Shown here: one piece after another, positions 10,163-18,810 of the stretch
How the letters are laid out: each line of letters starts with the position of its first letter
Numbering within the stretch: position 1 is the stretch's first letter
Origin: a candidate division WWE3 bacterium
GTDB taxonomy: Bacteria; Patescibacteriota; WWE3; UBA101185; UBA10185
Direction of reading: 5' to 3'
NCBI GenBank assembly: GCA_012798115.1
Contig: JAAZNV010000005.1
Span: 1 to 50,703, forward strand
DNA length: 50,703 bases
Made by a program: the position numbers and the translations under genes
Notes under the pieces: model-generated
The model's input: the letters and a program-made list of their open reading frames with translations, nothing else
What the model was told of the DNA's origin: nothing
Databases searched by the model: none

Positions 10163-10606
10163 TTATTTATAGTATTCTCTGACTTGAAATAGTAAGTACA
10201 AAGAAAGTACTGTGCTTATTATTCCTCCAATTATATCAAAGTTAACAAGCGAGTAAATTGCACTTAGAAGGATAGAATAAAATAATAAATCCCATCCTTT
10301 TGTTGACTTAGCAAACAAGCCTGATATTGATAAACCTCTTAGCACTAAGTTTGCAATGAGGAATATTGTTAATATGAAATACCTTACGCCTACATGTGCA
10401 AACATGTAGTTCCTCATCTCGTAAACCTCAATATAAGAACCAAATCCAAGAACAGAAAGTATTGTTGGTATTGCTGCTACGACAGAAATAATTACTCCCC
10501 ATGGTGCAAGCTGTACAAGCAGATCCTTAATATTTTTAGGTAGTGCAGGAGCCTTTTTAACATACTCATCTATAGTTTTTATTAATTTTTTAATATGTTT
10601 ATCCAT
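10163..10606 (-). CDS. hypothetical multi-TM membrane protein
   Basis: several hydrophobic helices; AAGGAGG SD upstream. Confidence 0.75.
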   Translation of the reverse strand: MDKHIKKLIKTIDEYVKKAPALPKNIKDLLVQLAPWGVIISVVAAIPTILSVLGFGSYIEVYEMRNYMFAHVGVRYFILTIFLIANLVLRGLSISGLFAKSTKGWDLLFYSILLSAIYSLVNFDIIGGIISTVLSLYLLFQVREYYK

Positions 10607-10733
10607 AATTCCTCCTTAGTTAAGTAAGCTTTGCAAATAAATGCTTCTTATTAAATTAAACCTTTACGATGATGTTCATGTCAAGCAAGGAGATTGCCTT
10701 ATTCTTTGATTAGTATTTATGAATGTAGAGCTA

Positions 10734-11423
10734 TCAAACATTTAGGTCGAGTATCATTGGAAGGTGATCGGATACATTTAAATTTGGAACTGAAAATTTA
10801 TTTATATTTAAATCTGGTTTTATAAATACATAGTCTGCAAATAATTGTTTGTTGTTTGGGTATTTATTCCACGCGAGGTTGTTTCTTGTTGTTGGTATTT
10901 TGTATTTCTTTATTAAGTTTACATAACCATTCTTTTCAAACATTTCTATAGATTCAGTATGTGGGTCTAGATTAAAGTCTCCTCCTATTATTTTTATTTC
11001 ATCAAGGCCTTGGAAGAAGCTTAAAATTTCTTGTGATTGTTTTATTCTTTCTTTGGTATCGTCCTTGTGTTTTGGACGCGGTGTTCCATGAACATTACAT
11101 ATATTTATTAATTCGTTGTTGTACTTTATTTTTGTGTTTAGTGCTGTCCCAACATTTAACATCTCTTTTAATAAGTAATCGTTAGATACAATTTCCATAT
11201 CGTTTTTTATGTAGGTAGCTTCATGAAAATCATCATCTCCTTTCATATCTTTAAAGTTAAATATTTCATTGTAGTTACTGAAAATATTCTTATACATTTC
11301 TCTTGCTGCTTTACCTACTTCTTGCAGACAAAATACATTTGTATCTTTTGATTGTTCTTTTAAGAATGTTTTAATGTTGTTTATTTCGTGGTAACTCCAA
11401 GTGTTTAGGAATAATATCTTCAT
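10734..11423 (-). CDS. endonuclease/exonuclease/phosphatase (EEP) family protein
   Basis: LN, CLQEV, NVH, GGDFN, DYVF, SDHLP. Confidence 0.92.
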   Translation of the reverse strand: MKILFLNTWSYHEINNIKTFLKEQSKDTNVFCLQEVGKAAREMYKNIFSNYNEIFNFKDMKGDDDFHEATYIKNDMEIVSNDYLLKEMLNVGTALNTKIKYNNELINICNVHGTPRPKHKDDTKERIKQSQEILSFFQGLDEIKIIGGDFNLDPHTESIEMFEKNGYVNLIKKYKIPTTRNNLAWNKYPNNKQLFADYVFIKPDLNINKFSVPNLNVSDHLPMILDLNV

Positions 11424-11472
11424 TAGAAAATTATAACTTTAATATTTCTTGTGTTTCTATATGGAAAATAAA

Positions 11473-11498
11473 CCAGCGTTTTGAATAGGTAACGCTGG
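11473..11498 (-). terminator. intrinsic terminator hairpin
   Basis: CCAGCGTT...AACGCTGG with an A-run on the left. Confidence 0.6.
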
Positions 11499-11524
11499 AG
11501 ACCTTTGTAAAGATTGGGTACTTT

Positions 11525-11821
11525 CTAGTCCCTACGTGAGGATGAACTCCCACTCCCACCAAGAATAATACCTGCTCCAAGGACAAAACCAAAGTCATAC
11601 CAGTTCCCATTGTTGTGTACATCGTAAACACTTACATCATCTGTAAACAAAGAAATAAAGAACGTTATTGGAGAAATTATTCCGTGCCACAAGCCTGACC
11701 AAAATCCAGCAACTTTGCCGTTTTCATCAGCAGTTTTGACGTAAGGATTAGGCCCTGGAACGCAGGAAACCAGAAGAAACATTAGTCCAATAAGAATAAT
11801 GAACAAAAACTTTTTATTCAT
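11525..11821 (-). CDS. small predicted lipoprotein
   Basis: signal peptide with lipobox LVSC; AGFWSGLWHG...WYDFGF pattern. Confidence 0.75.
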   Translation of the reverse strand: MNKKFLFIILIGLMFLLVSCVPGPNPYVKTADENGKVAGFWSGLWHGIISPITFFISLFTDDVSVYDVHNNGNWYDFGFVLGAGIILGGSGSSSSRRD

Positions 11822-11941
11822 TTTGACTCACCTTTCTTGTTCTTTTGTTGAGTGGATTATATTATGAAATAACTACGGCGCAACCAACTAAGCGGAATAA
11901 AAATTAAGTTTCTTGTTGAGTAAATAATGGTCGGAGAAGTA

Positions 11942-11975
11942 AAAAGAGGTTTAATCAAAGGGTTAAACCTCTTTT
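11942..11975. terminator. bidirectional terminator
   Basis: AAAAGAGGTTTAA-N8-TTAAACCTCTTTT perfect inverted repeat. Confidence 0.75.
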
Positions 11976-11991
11976 GAGGAGTTGCTTAATA

Positions 11992-12591
11992 TCAGATAAA
12001 CTTGGGATACATAGTCTTGATGGCAACACTCAATAGCAACGCTTGAGCATCGTCGAAATTTGCCCTGAACTCTTTCCCCACTAAATCTTTAGGTCTTTCC
12101 ACCTCAAAGTATTTCATTACAAGAGTAAAAGCTTCTTCCTTTAAGAAAGCTGTGCTTATTGTCAACGGTGTCATATACCCTTTTGGATGGCTTTCTACCC
12201 TTATCGCCCAATAGTTTTCTTCCCGATCAAGCAAAAGATGTCTTACGTTTGGCTTAATGCGTATAATCTTCCATACATAAGGATTATACTTTTTCTCCCT
12301 TTCTCGGTAAGTGGATATTTTTAAGCCTCTTTCTTTTGGATAGTGGGATCGAAGGAAGTTTTCCAAAACTTTTTTTACATCAAATTCGAAGTAGTCTACA
12401 TCAAAAGTATGGTTTCCTTTAAAATCCCGTAGATTCTTTACCCCAAGACTTTTCATCAAAAGTTCCAAGGTTCTAGGATTTATGAGTAATGAGCCACCAG
12501 AACCAGCTCCATCTCCACTAATATGCAACCAAACTACGTAGTTTGGTTTCATTCGCTTTACAAAGTGGATCTTAGCTTTCACATTTTCCAT
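11992..12591 (-). CDS. hypothetical protein with an apparent two-fold internal repeat
   Basis: LLMKSLGVKNLRDFKG vs LVMKYFEVERPKDLVG; SD AGGAGAGG; own promoter. Confidence 0.75.
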   Translation of the reverse strand: MENVKAKIHFVKRMKPNYVVWLHISGDGAGSGGSLLINPRTLELLMKSLGVKNLRDFKGNHTFDVDYFEFDVKKVLENFLRSHYPKERGLKISTYREREKKYNPYVWKIIRIKPNVRHLLLDREENYWAIRVESHPKGYMTPLTISTAFLKEEAFTLVMKYFEVERPKDLVGKEFRANFDDAQALLLSVAIKTMYPKFI

Positions 12592-12621
12592 ATTTACCTC
12601 TCCTTTATTTGACTTTGGAGG

Positions 12622-12650
12622 ATTCTACCATACAAAACTTGTACGATCAA
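12622..12650 (-). promoter_or_regulatory. sigma70 promoter
   Basis: TTGATC-N17-TAGAAT on the minus strand. Confidence 0.65.
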
Positions 12651-12702
12651 ACACTACAAGTTATGAGCCCATTATATAGAACTTCATATGAAGTATTGTG
12701 GG
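12651..12702 (+). repeat. cassette-boundary repeat (motif 1 + motif 2)
   Basis: ACACTACAAG-N18-GAACTTCATATGAAGT-ATTGTGGG. Confidence 0.7.
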
Positions 12703-12720
12703 AGCCAATACTGGTAGAAG

Positions 12721-12755
12721 TTGACTAAAATATGTATGTATAATACACTACAGGG
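12721..12755 (+). promoter_or_regulatory. sigma70 promoter overlapping motif 1
   Basis: TTGACT-N17-TACACT, overlapping ACACTACAGGG (12745-12755). Confidence 0.5.
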
Positions 12756-12825
12756 TGTAAGTAACAGCTACTTACAAACTAGCAAAATGCTGGTTTATTG
12801 ACAATTACAGAACGTAGGAGGAGAA

Positions 12826-13851
12826 ATGGGAACGGATTCGTTGTATAACCAAAAGCTTATAAAAGCATACCCTTTTGTATCTGATATCTTATCAGAGCAG
12901 ATGGAGCCGTATAATGGGCAGGATGACGGTCGTCTAGATAACCTCTTAATCATCCGTGTGCAGAAAGCAGATGCAGACCTTATGTTTAAGCGGGCTCATA
13001 ATTTAGGACTTGGAAATAGTGATTCGTGTGCTTTTTCTACTATTCGCCAACACGAAATGCATATTGGGAAACGTGGGGAATACATGTTTGCTATTGATAA
13101 TTCGGAAAAAATTATTAACCGTGTTGACTGGCCAAGAGATCGTGAGGAACAAAGGAAGGCAGACCAGCTTTGTGTCTATGCCAGCGATATTTTCTGGTCC
13201 CAAAGGCATGAGCGTATTTACTCAGGCTCAATTATTGAGAAGGTAAAATACCTCGTTTGGGTAACTGTTGAAGCTTGGTATACAGATAATAAGTATACGG
13301 ATGACAAGTATACAGGCAACGAGAGGGGTTATAGGAGCAGATTTGGAGAGTTACTTAGTACCTCAATCCGCATCACAATTTATCAAGAGCCTGAGCAAGG
13401 GTTTGAAAAACTACTAAAGGAGTCAAATTTGTATGAAAGCCTTGTACTTGATACTCGGTTACTCCAGCGTGGCTTAATGATGAGGGATGTTGATATTATT
13501 ACAATGAGAGGCATGTTGGGAGAAATGTGTATTACATTTCAAGATGAGGTGTACTTCAATGGGATGAAGGAGATGCGTGAGAAAGTTGAGTTTCGTAGTG
13601 CATCGGGGAAGTTCGGTGCCGTCCGAGTTCTTTGTGCCGAAATGTGTGGGTGTGACTTTGTCACGTTGAGGGACGTTGATAGCCAAATTACCTTTCGAGT
13701 CTACTCAGATTTCACGCACATGCATGTAGTTGGGCAGACGGGGACACTCCCTCAAATCCGTAATCTTGTTAAAACAGTTGTACGGATGTGGAATCAAAAC
13801 ACTGAAGCAAGAAATGCGTTCAAAACAAATGAGGATCTCTATGTTGTGTAA
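12826..13851 (+). CDS. hypothetical protein with foreign-looking codon usage
   Basis: 341-aa ORF, SD AGGAGG, many CGN Arg codons unlike the core genes. Confidence 0.8.
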   Translation: MGTDSLYNQKLIKAYPFVSDILSEQMEPYNGQDDGRLDNLLIIRVQKADADLMFKRAHNLGLGNSDSCAFSTIRQHEMHIGKRGEYMFAIDNSEKIINRVDWPRDREEQRKADQLCVYASDIFWSQRHERIYSGSIIEKVKYLVWVTVEAWYTDNKYTDDKYTGNERGYRSRFGELLSTSIRITIYQEPEQGFEKLLKESNLYESLVLDTRLLQRGLMMRDVDIITMRGMLGEMCITFQDEVYFNGMKEMREKVEFRSASGKFGAVRVLCAEMCGCDFVTLRDVDSQITFRVYSDFTHMHVVGQTGTLPQIRNLVKTVVRMWNQNTEARNAFKTNEDLYVV

Positions 13852-13872
13852 ATAAATAGACACTCAACCTAA

Positions 13873-13904
13873 AAGGTGTGCGTGAAGCAATTCATTCACA
13901 CCTT
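13873..13904. terminator. terminator hairpin
   Basis: AAGGTGTG...CACACCTT followed by a T-tract. Confidence 0.65.
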
Positions 13905-13981
13905 ATTTTTGTATTTAAAAGCAAAGGAAGGAGACTGTATTATGAGGATATGTTAAATTAGTACCCTTTAGCTAGTTGTCT

Positions 13982-14015
13982 ATTTAGCATAGAACCTTTA
14001 TACGAAAGGTTGTAG
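13982..14015 (+). repeat. cassette-boundary repeat (motif 2), dif-like
   Basis: ATTTAGCATAG-AACCT-TTATACGAAAG-GT-TGTAG. Confidence 0.6.
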
Positions 14016-14037
14016 ATGTGACTAATAAAAGAGTGTT

Positions 14038-14910
14038 TTATCCCAACTTAATCATTAAGGTTCCTAAAGACATTACTATTGCTGCAATCCAGCTGTATCT
14101 TGTTGGTTTGTCCCTGAGGAATAAGTAGCTAAAAATTAAAACAAAGAATATTTGCAATCTTTTTATTCCCAAAACTAGTGCAATAGGCCCACCTGTAAAA
14201 GCAGAGAAAACAAGTAGAGTGGATATGCCATAGGTAAGACCATTTGCAAGTAAAATAACAAAGTTATCTTTGAATTCTTTAAACCACTTTTTATGTTCTT
14301 TTTTAAATAAGTATGCAGTTAAGATGACAATCATAATCATATCTTCAACTAACAGGGTAAATGCTGCGTTTATTGGTTGGGTATTGTTTATTCCTATCTT
14401 ATCGAAAATTGCAGTAAGGGCATTTAGCATTATGGCAAAAAGGAAAAGAAGATAAGATTTGTTGGTAAATAAGAGCTTAAGGGGTTTTAAGAGATCTTCC
14501 TTGGCTTGATCTGCATTTAAGATATAAGAACCTATGATTGTGAGGAATAAACCAATTACAGGGACAAGTCTCAAAGACTCTGACAAAAATAGTAGACCGA
14601 AGATATAAGTAAAAAATCCGTTAAAAGCTGCTAATGGGAAAACTTTAGATACCGAATTGTTCTTTATGGTTTCGTTAGATATGGTTTTTGAAAAAATAAA
14701 TGTTAACGAAGAAGCAACTACTCCAAGGAAAAACATTTGGTTTAAAGAAGGCAATCCATTTTTTATTGCAAAGTAAGCAATCAAAGGAAGAGATAAAGTA
14801 AAAAGCGACCAGGTTAGCACAGTTGCACTTACTTTATTTAAAACCTTTTTATTTAAAGTTATCTCTACTGCGCCTGTAATAGCTGAACAAAATGCTAACC
14901 AAAACCACAT
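14038..14910 (-). CDS. EamA/DMT family transporter
   Basis: about 10 TM helices in two repeats, LFLSE and LFLRDK ends. Confidence 0.88.
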   Translation of the reverse strand: MWFWLAFCSAITGAVEITLNKKVLNKVSATVLTWSLFTLSLPLIAYFAIKNGLPSLNQMFFLGVVASSLTFIFSKTISNETIKNNSVSKVFPLAAFNGFFTYIFGLLFLSESLRLVPVIGLFLTIIGSYILNADQAKEDLLKPLKLLFTNKSYLLFLFAIMLNALTAIFDKIGINNTQPINAAFTLLVEDMIMIVILTAYLFKKEHKKWFKEFKDNFVILLANGLTYGISTLLVFSAFTGGPIALVLGIKRLQIFFVLIFSYLFLRDKPTRYSWIAAIVMSLGTLMIKLG

Positions 14911-14997
14911 GGGGTAATTATAACAAGAGAGCTTCTTTGTGTAATAAAGGTAGTTTTATTGAATGATTAAGTGGCTGTTTTCTCTATTACTTTATGT

Positions 14998-15339
14998 TTA
15001 AAAGTTATATTGTTCTAACCAATTTAGGAATAAAGTTTTGTCATCTTAAGTTGTAACTCTTAAAACGCAGCCCTCTACCATCAAAGAGTGTCCTATATAC
15101 CTAGTAGTGTCTGCAATCTGCTAAATATTCTTCATTCTTGCTTGGGTTGAAATCCATTAGTGGAATGTGTTCAGTCTTTCCTTTGTTTAATCAACTTTAG
15201 AGAGGAATCCTATTTGGTATAGTTCTGGAATCTCTCTTTCTAGCTTTTCAATAAAGTCTCTTCTAAGAATATCATCTCTATAAAACCAATAGGGATTTCT
15301 CCCACTCTCAATATGTTGTAATGATTTATATTGATATGG
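14998..15339 (-). pseudogene. possible decayed gene of unknown family
   Basis: 114-codon frame reading PYQYKSLQHIESGRNPYWFYRDDILRRDFIEKLEREIPEL...LNWLEQYNF* with 4 internal stops, in an otherwise empty 600-bp gap. Confidence 0.3.
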
Positions 15340-15440
15340 CTAAAAGTTGATTTTGTTATTCGTTTATTGGAGGTAAGTGTGCTGTTCTCATGAGGAGGTT
15401 ATGCATTACCTTTATTTGTGTTCAAGATTTGCCTCATTAG

Positions 15441-15456
15441 GAACTTTATACGAGGA
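15441..15456 (+). repeat. cassette-boundary motif 2
   Basis: (CCTCATTAG)GAACTTTATACGAGGA. Confidence 0.6.
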
Positions 15457-15478
15457 ATTAGTGGCGTTTGGAAAATAA

Positions 15479-15508
15479 AAAACCAGGCTTTTTGTAGAGT
15501 CTGGTTTT
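15479..15508. terminator. bidirectional terminator
   Basis: AAAACCAGGCT...AGTCTGGTTTT. Confidence 0.65.
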
Positions 15509-15514
15509 GTTTGT

Positions 15515-15781
15515 TCATTTATAAAGCTTATCTGTATCTGTAGCTTCTTTTACTGCGAAATTAGCATCTTCCCCTAATTCTTTGAGTAATTCCAACAATC
15601 TGAGTGTTCTCCTTGCATTTTCACGTAGAAGATTCTCACGTGTGTCCACGTCTGTTATAGTTGATGTTGTTAAGAGTGCTTGGCCATATCTTATGGTTTT
15701 TGCTAATTCTGTTTTCAGGTTTTTTACCCTAAAATTTCTCTTAATTTCTTTAAACGAGTTTTTAATTGTTTTCCGACACAT
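15515..15781 (-). CDS. small helical hypothetical protein
   Basis: SD AGGAGAG; promoter TTGCTG-N17-TATAAT (15820-15848); terminator downstream. Confidence 0.7.
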   Translation of the reverse strand: MCRKTIKNSFKEIKRNFRVKNLKTELAKTIRYGQALLTTSTITDVDTRENLLRENARRTLRLLELLKELGEDANFAVKEATDTDKLYK

Positions 15782-15850
15782 AGCTCTCCTTGTCTTTTGT
15801 ATCTTGAATATTAACTTGGATTATATATTAAAATACTTTAACCAGCAACC

Positions 15851-15896
15851 ACTACAGGGTATTAACTCTCGATGTGAACTTTATGCGAACTGCAGT
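15851..15896 (+). repeat. cassette-boundary repeat (motif 1 + motif 2)
   Basis: ACTACAGG-N17-GAACTTTATGCGAACTGCAGT; the ends ACTACAG/CTGCAGT are near-inverted. Confidence 0.7.
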
Positions 15897-15948
15897 ATAT
15901 GTTTTCTTGGTATACTTTAAAAGTAATTGTTTCTATTAAGGAGGTTTT

Positions 15949-16461
15949 ATGGATAAACTAGAAAAAGATAATTTATCACTCAAAGAAAAATTAGAATCTA
16001 GCATGACACAAGAGCAGGTAGAAATTTTCCATCAAAAAATAGAAAAGTTGGGAGGAGAACTCCATGATATTTGGAGAGAATCTAGAAAAAAAGAAGATGG
16101 TACTTTTGAACCTCGTGTAAAAGCTACAAAAGATAATGAGTGGATTAATTCTCATGGAACTAACCAGGTTGACATTGCAAATACTAGCTTTGAGAGTTTG
16201 CCAAACGACTGGCAAGTAGAAAACAGGGCATCAGCCGAAGTTGCAGTCTCTTTGATATATGAGGCGAAGATTAATAAGAAAGCAATAGATAGTGCTTTTG
16301 TTGAAGAAGCTAGTTCTGTTGTACATGATAAGTGGCTTGAGAGAAACTCTAGTTGGGCACCTGCTGAGCAAAAAGTAAGTTATTCAGAACTGCCGGAAGC
16401 CGAAAAGGAAAAAGATAGGGCTATTATTAGAAAAGGGGTAGATGTAGTTAAGCAAGATTGA
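15949..16461 (+). CDS. RyR-repeat-like domain protein
   Basis: two copies of HDxW...(F/Y)xxLPxxxxxxNR/DR: HDIW...FESLPNDWQVENR and HDKW...YSELPEAEKEKDR. Confidence 0.65.
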   Translation: MDKLEKDNLSLKEKLESSMTQEQVEIFHQKIEKLGGELHDIWRESRKKEDGTFEPRVKATKDNEWINSHGTNQVDIANTSFESLPNDWQVENRASAEVAVSLIYEAKINKKAIDSAFVEEASSVVHDKWLERNSSWAPAEQKVSYSELPEAEKEKDRAIIRKGVDVVKQD

Positions 16462-16528
16462 TTCTTGTTAATGACACAAAAAGACATTATTGTCTTCTCA
16501 TACAAAGGGAAGGTAATGAAGGGATAAA

Positions 16529-16574
16529 AAACACCGTAAGGTAGATAATCACTTTTCTACATAATACGGTGTTT
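16529..16574. terminator. bidirectional terminator between convergent genes
   Basis: AAACACCGTA...TACGGTGTTT. Confidence 0.65.
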
Positions 16575-16588
16575 GTGAAAGCTTAGCA

Positions 16589-17182
16589 CTATGTTAACTG
16601 ATTGCCGTATTTCCAAAATTTTTTTAGAAATGCTACTGCCAAGAGATTTGTGAAACCAGATAGTCCTATGTAATCCAACTCTTGTTCTAACTTATCTTGG
16701 ATATCAGCAGGTTTGCTACCTTTACGTATTTCTTGCTGCATGGCAACTGCCCAGCCTTGAATGAATTTAATAATCTCTTTTGATAGGTTGTCCTTTCGTT
16801 GGGCCCAACATGTTCTTAGATACGGAATGAGTTTATACCAAGGAACTTCCATCTTTTCTGTAGAAAGAAGTTGGTAAACCCGTTGTTTTTTAGCTTTGCA
16901 TTCCGCATGGTATTTTGCACACTCCTGTTTCCACAATGCTTTTCGAAAAGGGGTGCAACTTTGTTTAAGAGCATATTTCCACTGACGTAAAGCCTCTTTC
17001 TTGGTCATTTCTGGAGAAACAATAATTTGAATACCATTGAATAAACAAGTTATTCTTGTTCCCGATAACTTAGAACGATTAACCATCTCACTCAAGACAC
17101 AATCAATATGTTCACCTGCATGAGGTCGGTAGCATACAAAACTATTTACACGCTTTTTCCAGTTGTTTGACAAACTATACAT
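16589..17182 (-). CDS. hypothetical protein, possibly phage-like family
   Basis: FNG and GLSGF...W-x-YG-x-QL segments recall phage hypotheticals (from memory, unverified); SD and promoter present. Confidence 0.7.
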   Translation of the reverse strand: MYSLSNNWKKRVNSFVCYRPHAGEHIDCVLSEMVNRSKLSGTRITCLFNGIQIIVSPEMTKKEALRQWKYALKQSCTPFRKALWKQECAKYHAECKAKKQRVYQLLSTEKMEVPWYKLIPYLRTCWAQRKDNLSKEIIKFIQGWAVAMQQEIRKGSKPADIQDKLEQELDYIGLSGFTNLLAVAFLKKFWKYGNQLT

Positions 17183-17227
17183 TAATATTCTCCTCTCCTT
17201 TTATTGTTTTATTTAGGTTAGTTTAAG

Positions 17228-17267
17228 ATTATACCTTGAATACATTCTTGCGTCAAACACTACAGGG
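17228..17267 (-). promoter_or_regulatory. sigma70 promoter abutting motif 1
   Basis: minus strand CCCTGTAGT-GT-TTGACG-N17-TATAAT. Confidence 0.75.
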
Positions 17268-17316
17268 TTTGCAAGGTTAGTGAGTGTTTAAGGGAATAAA
17301 AAAGAACCTCTTGAAA

Positions 17317-17625
17317 TTATCTTTGAGGTTCAGTTAGTTCCACTGCAGTGATATCTAATAACCTGTTAATAATCGTTAGGAAATCACGCCAACGGCAATT
17401 CCAATTGTAAGGACTAGATATAATAAATTGTGAAGCTAGCCCACCTGCTTTAGTTGTCTCCTCGTTTGGGTATGTTCCACAATCATTTAACTCAGCCATC
17501 TTGGCCCGTACTTTATCAGCAACCTCATTTCTTACGTTTAGTATCATTTCAAACTTTAGGTGGCTGATTTCAATTTTAGCCACAGTAACGTTTGCCTTTT
17601 TCCATTCAAACGTTTGATTTGCCAC
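17317..17625 (-). CDS. hypothetical protein
   Basis: GTG start with SD AGGAGG; promoter TTGATT-N17-TATTCT (17665-17693). Confidence 0.7.
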   Translation of the reverse strand: MANQTFEWKKANVTVAKIEISHLKFEMILNVRNEVADKVRAKMAELNDCGTYPNEETTKAGGLASQFIISSPYNWNCRWRDFLTIINRLLDITAVELTEPQR

Positions 17626-17693
17626 AACCCCTCCTTATTTGGATTTTCTAGAATTCTAACACTTAGAATATCATAAGTGCCCTAATCAATCAA

Positions 17694-17740
17694 GCTATAG
17701 GATATTGTCTCTCATTGCAGAATTTCATGCGAAGCGTGGC
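17694..17740 (+). repeat. cassette-boundary repeat (motif 1 variant + motif 2)
   Basis: GCTATAGG-N18-GAATTTCATGCGAAGC-GTGGC. Confidence 0.7.
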
Positions 17741-17751
17741 AGGGAATTGTT

Positions 17752-18810
17752 TTATTTCAGAAAGTAGTTGTCGTTCGAGAATTTTACCTGCTCAATAAAG
17801 ATTTTACTGAAGGCCACAGCACTTAGCTGTTCATAAAATAGAATAGTTGCTTTTTTGAACTGATCTATATCTACGTTTCTGTATGATAGTGGTAGTAAGT
17901 CATTTGCAAGAAGTATGGCGTTGCATAGCATTCTGGCAGTTCTCTTGTTTCCATCAGAATAAGGTTGGACATATGGAAACATAACGCTGGCAATAAATGC
18001 CTTAAGATATGGATCCGTTACCTTATTTACCATTTCAACAGTTTTTTCTAAAGCCTCCTTAAGTTGATGCTCGTTGCCTAAGGGTCTGTAGATGGTTCCT
18101 GTTATTCCAACCTCGTGTCTCCTAATTCCAGTTGATATCTCAAGTCCTTTGACCAAGGTGTTATGAAGTTGGTTTATAACTGATATAGAAATCGTTTTGA
18201 AATTTCTTTTGTTTGCTAGAATATTATCAAAGGCATGTTTATGATTTAAGATCATTAGGGTTTCTGCTTTACTTTTACCACTTGCCTCTTTTTGTTCCTT
18301 GATTAAAGACTCTGTTTCTAACAAGGTATATGTATTTCCTTCTATTTTTGATGATTTCCAAGATAGCTCTATGGTAAATCTTTCCAGTTCCCTTCTGATT
18401 AAATCTGGGGAAATACCCTTTGTTTTATCTGAGAAACTTACCGTTGCGTTCTTTAATGGCATTAATATATCCGCTAGTTGAGGATCTGTTAAATATTCAA
18501 AGATTTTACTGTCAAATGTTTTTTTGGCTCCCACTCGTTGATCAGGGTCGTATGAAAAGTAATTTTCTATATCAAAAACTCTCAAAAGAGGATTATGGGA
18601 AATTGGGTAGTACATCGTTGCCTTGGCTTTGCCTTCGGATCTGATTAACTTTAATTTTATTAGTAAGTTAAGATCTCTTATCAGTGTGGGTTTAGAGACG
18701 CTGTATGTTGGGAATAGCTTTTCAGCTATCTTTTCTCTTAAAATTCCGCCTGATTGATTGATGATGTTTGAAATGTAACGTTGGCGTGGTGTAAGAATCG
18801 TATCATTCAT
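17752..18810 (-). CDS. Fic-domain protein with N-terminal winged HTH
   Basis: SKPTLIRDL wHTH, SSKIEGN, QPYSDGNKRTAR; start placed at ATG 18810 just after the promoter (ORF track extends to 18846). Confidence 0.9.
   Translation of the reverse strand: MNDTILTPRQRYISNIINQSGGILREKIAEKLFPTYSVSKPTLIRDLNLLIKLKLIRSEGKAKATMYYPISHNPLLRVFDIENYFSYDPDQRVGAKKTFDSKIFEYLTDPQLADILMPLKNATVSFSDKTKGISPDLIRRELERFTIELSWKSSKIEGNTYTLLETESLIKEQKEASGKSKAETLMILNHKHAFDNILANKRNFKTISISVINQLHNTLVKGLEISTGIRRHEVGITGTIYRPLGNEHQLKEALEKTVEMVNKVTDPYLKAFIASVMFPYVQPYSDGNKRTARMLCNAILLANDLLPLSYRNVDIDQFKKATILFYEQLSAVAFSKIFIEQVKFSNDNYFLK

Noticed and set aside
15582-15920. 112-aa plus-strand ORF
   Set aside because: It runs antisense to the 15515-15781 gene, which has SD, promoter and terminator, and it crosses the boundary repeat.
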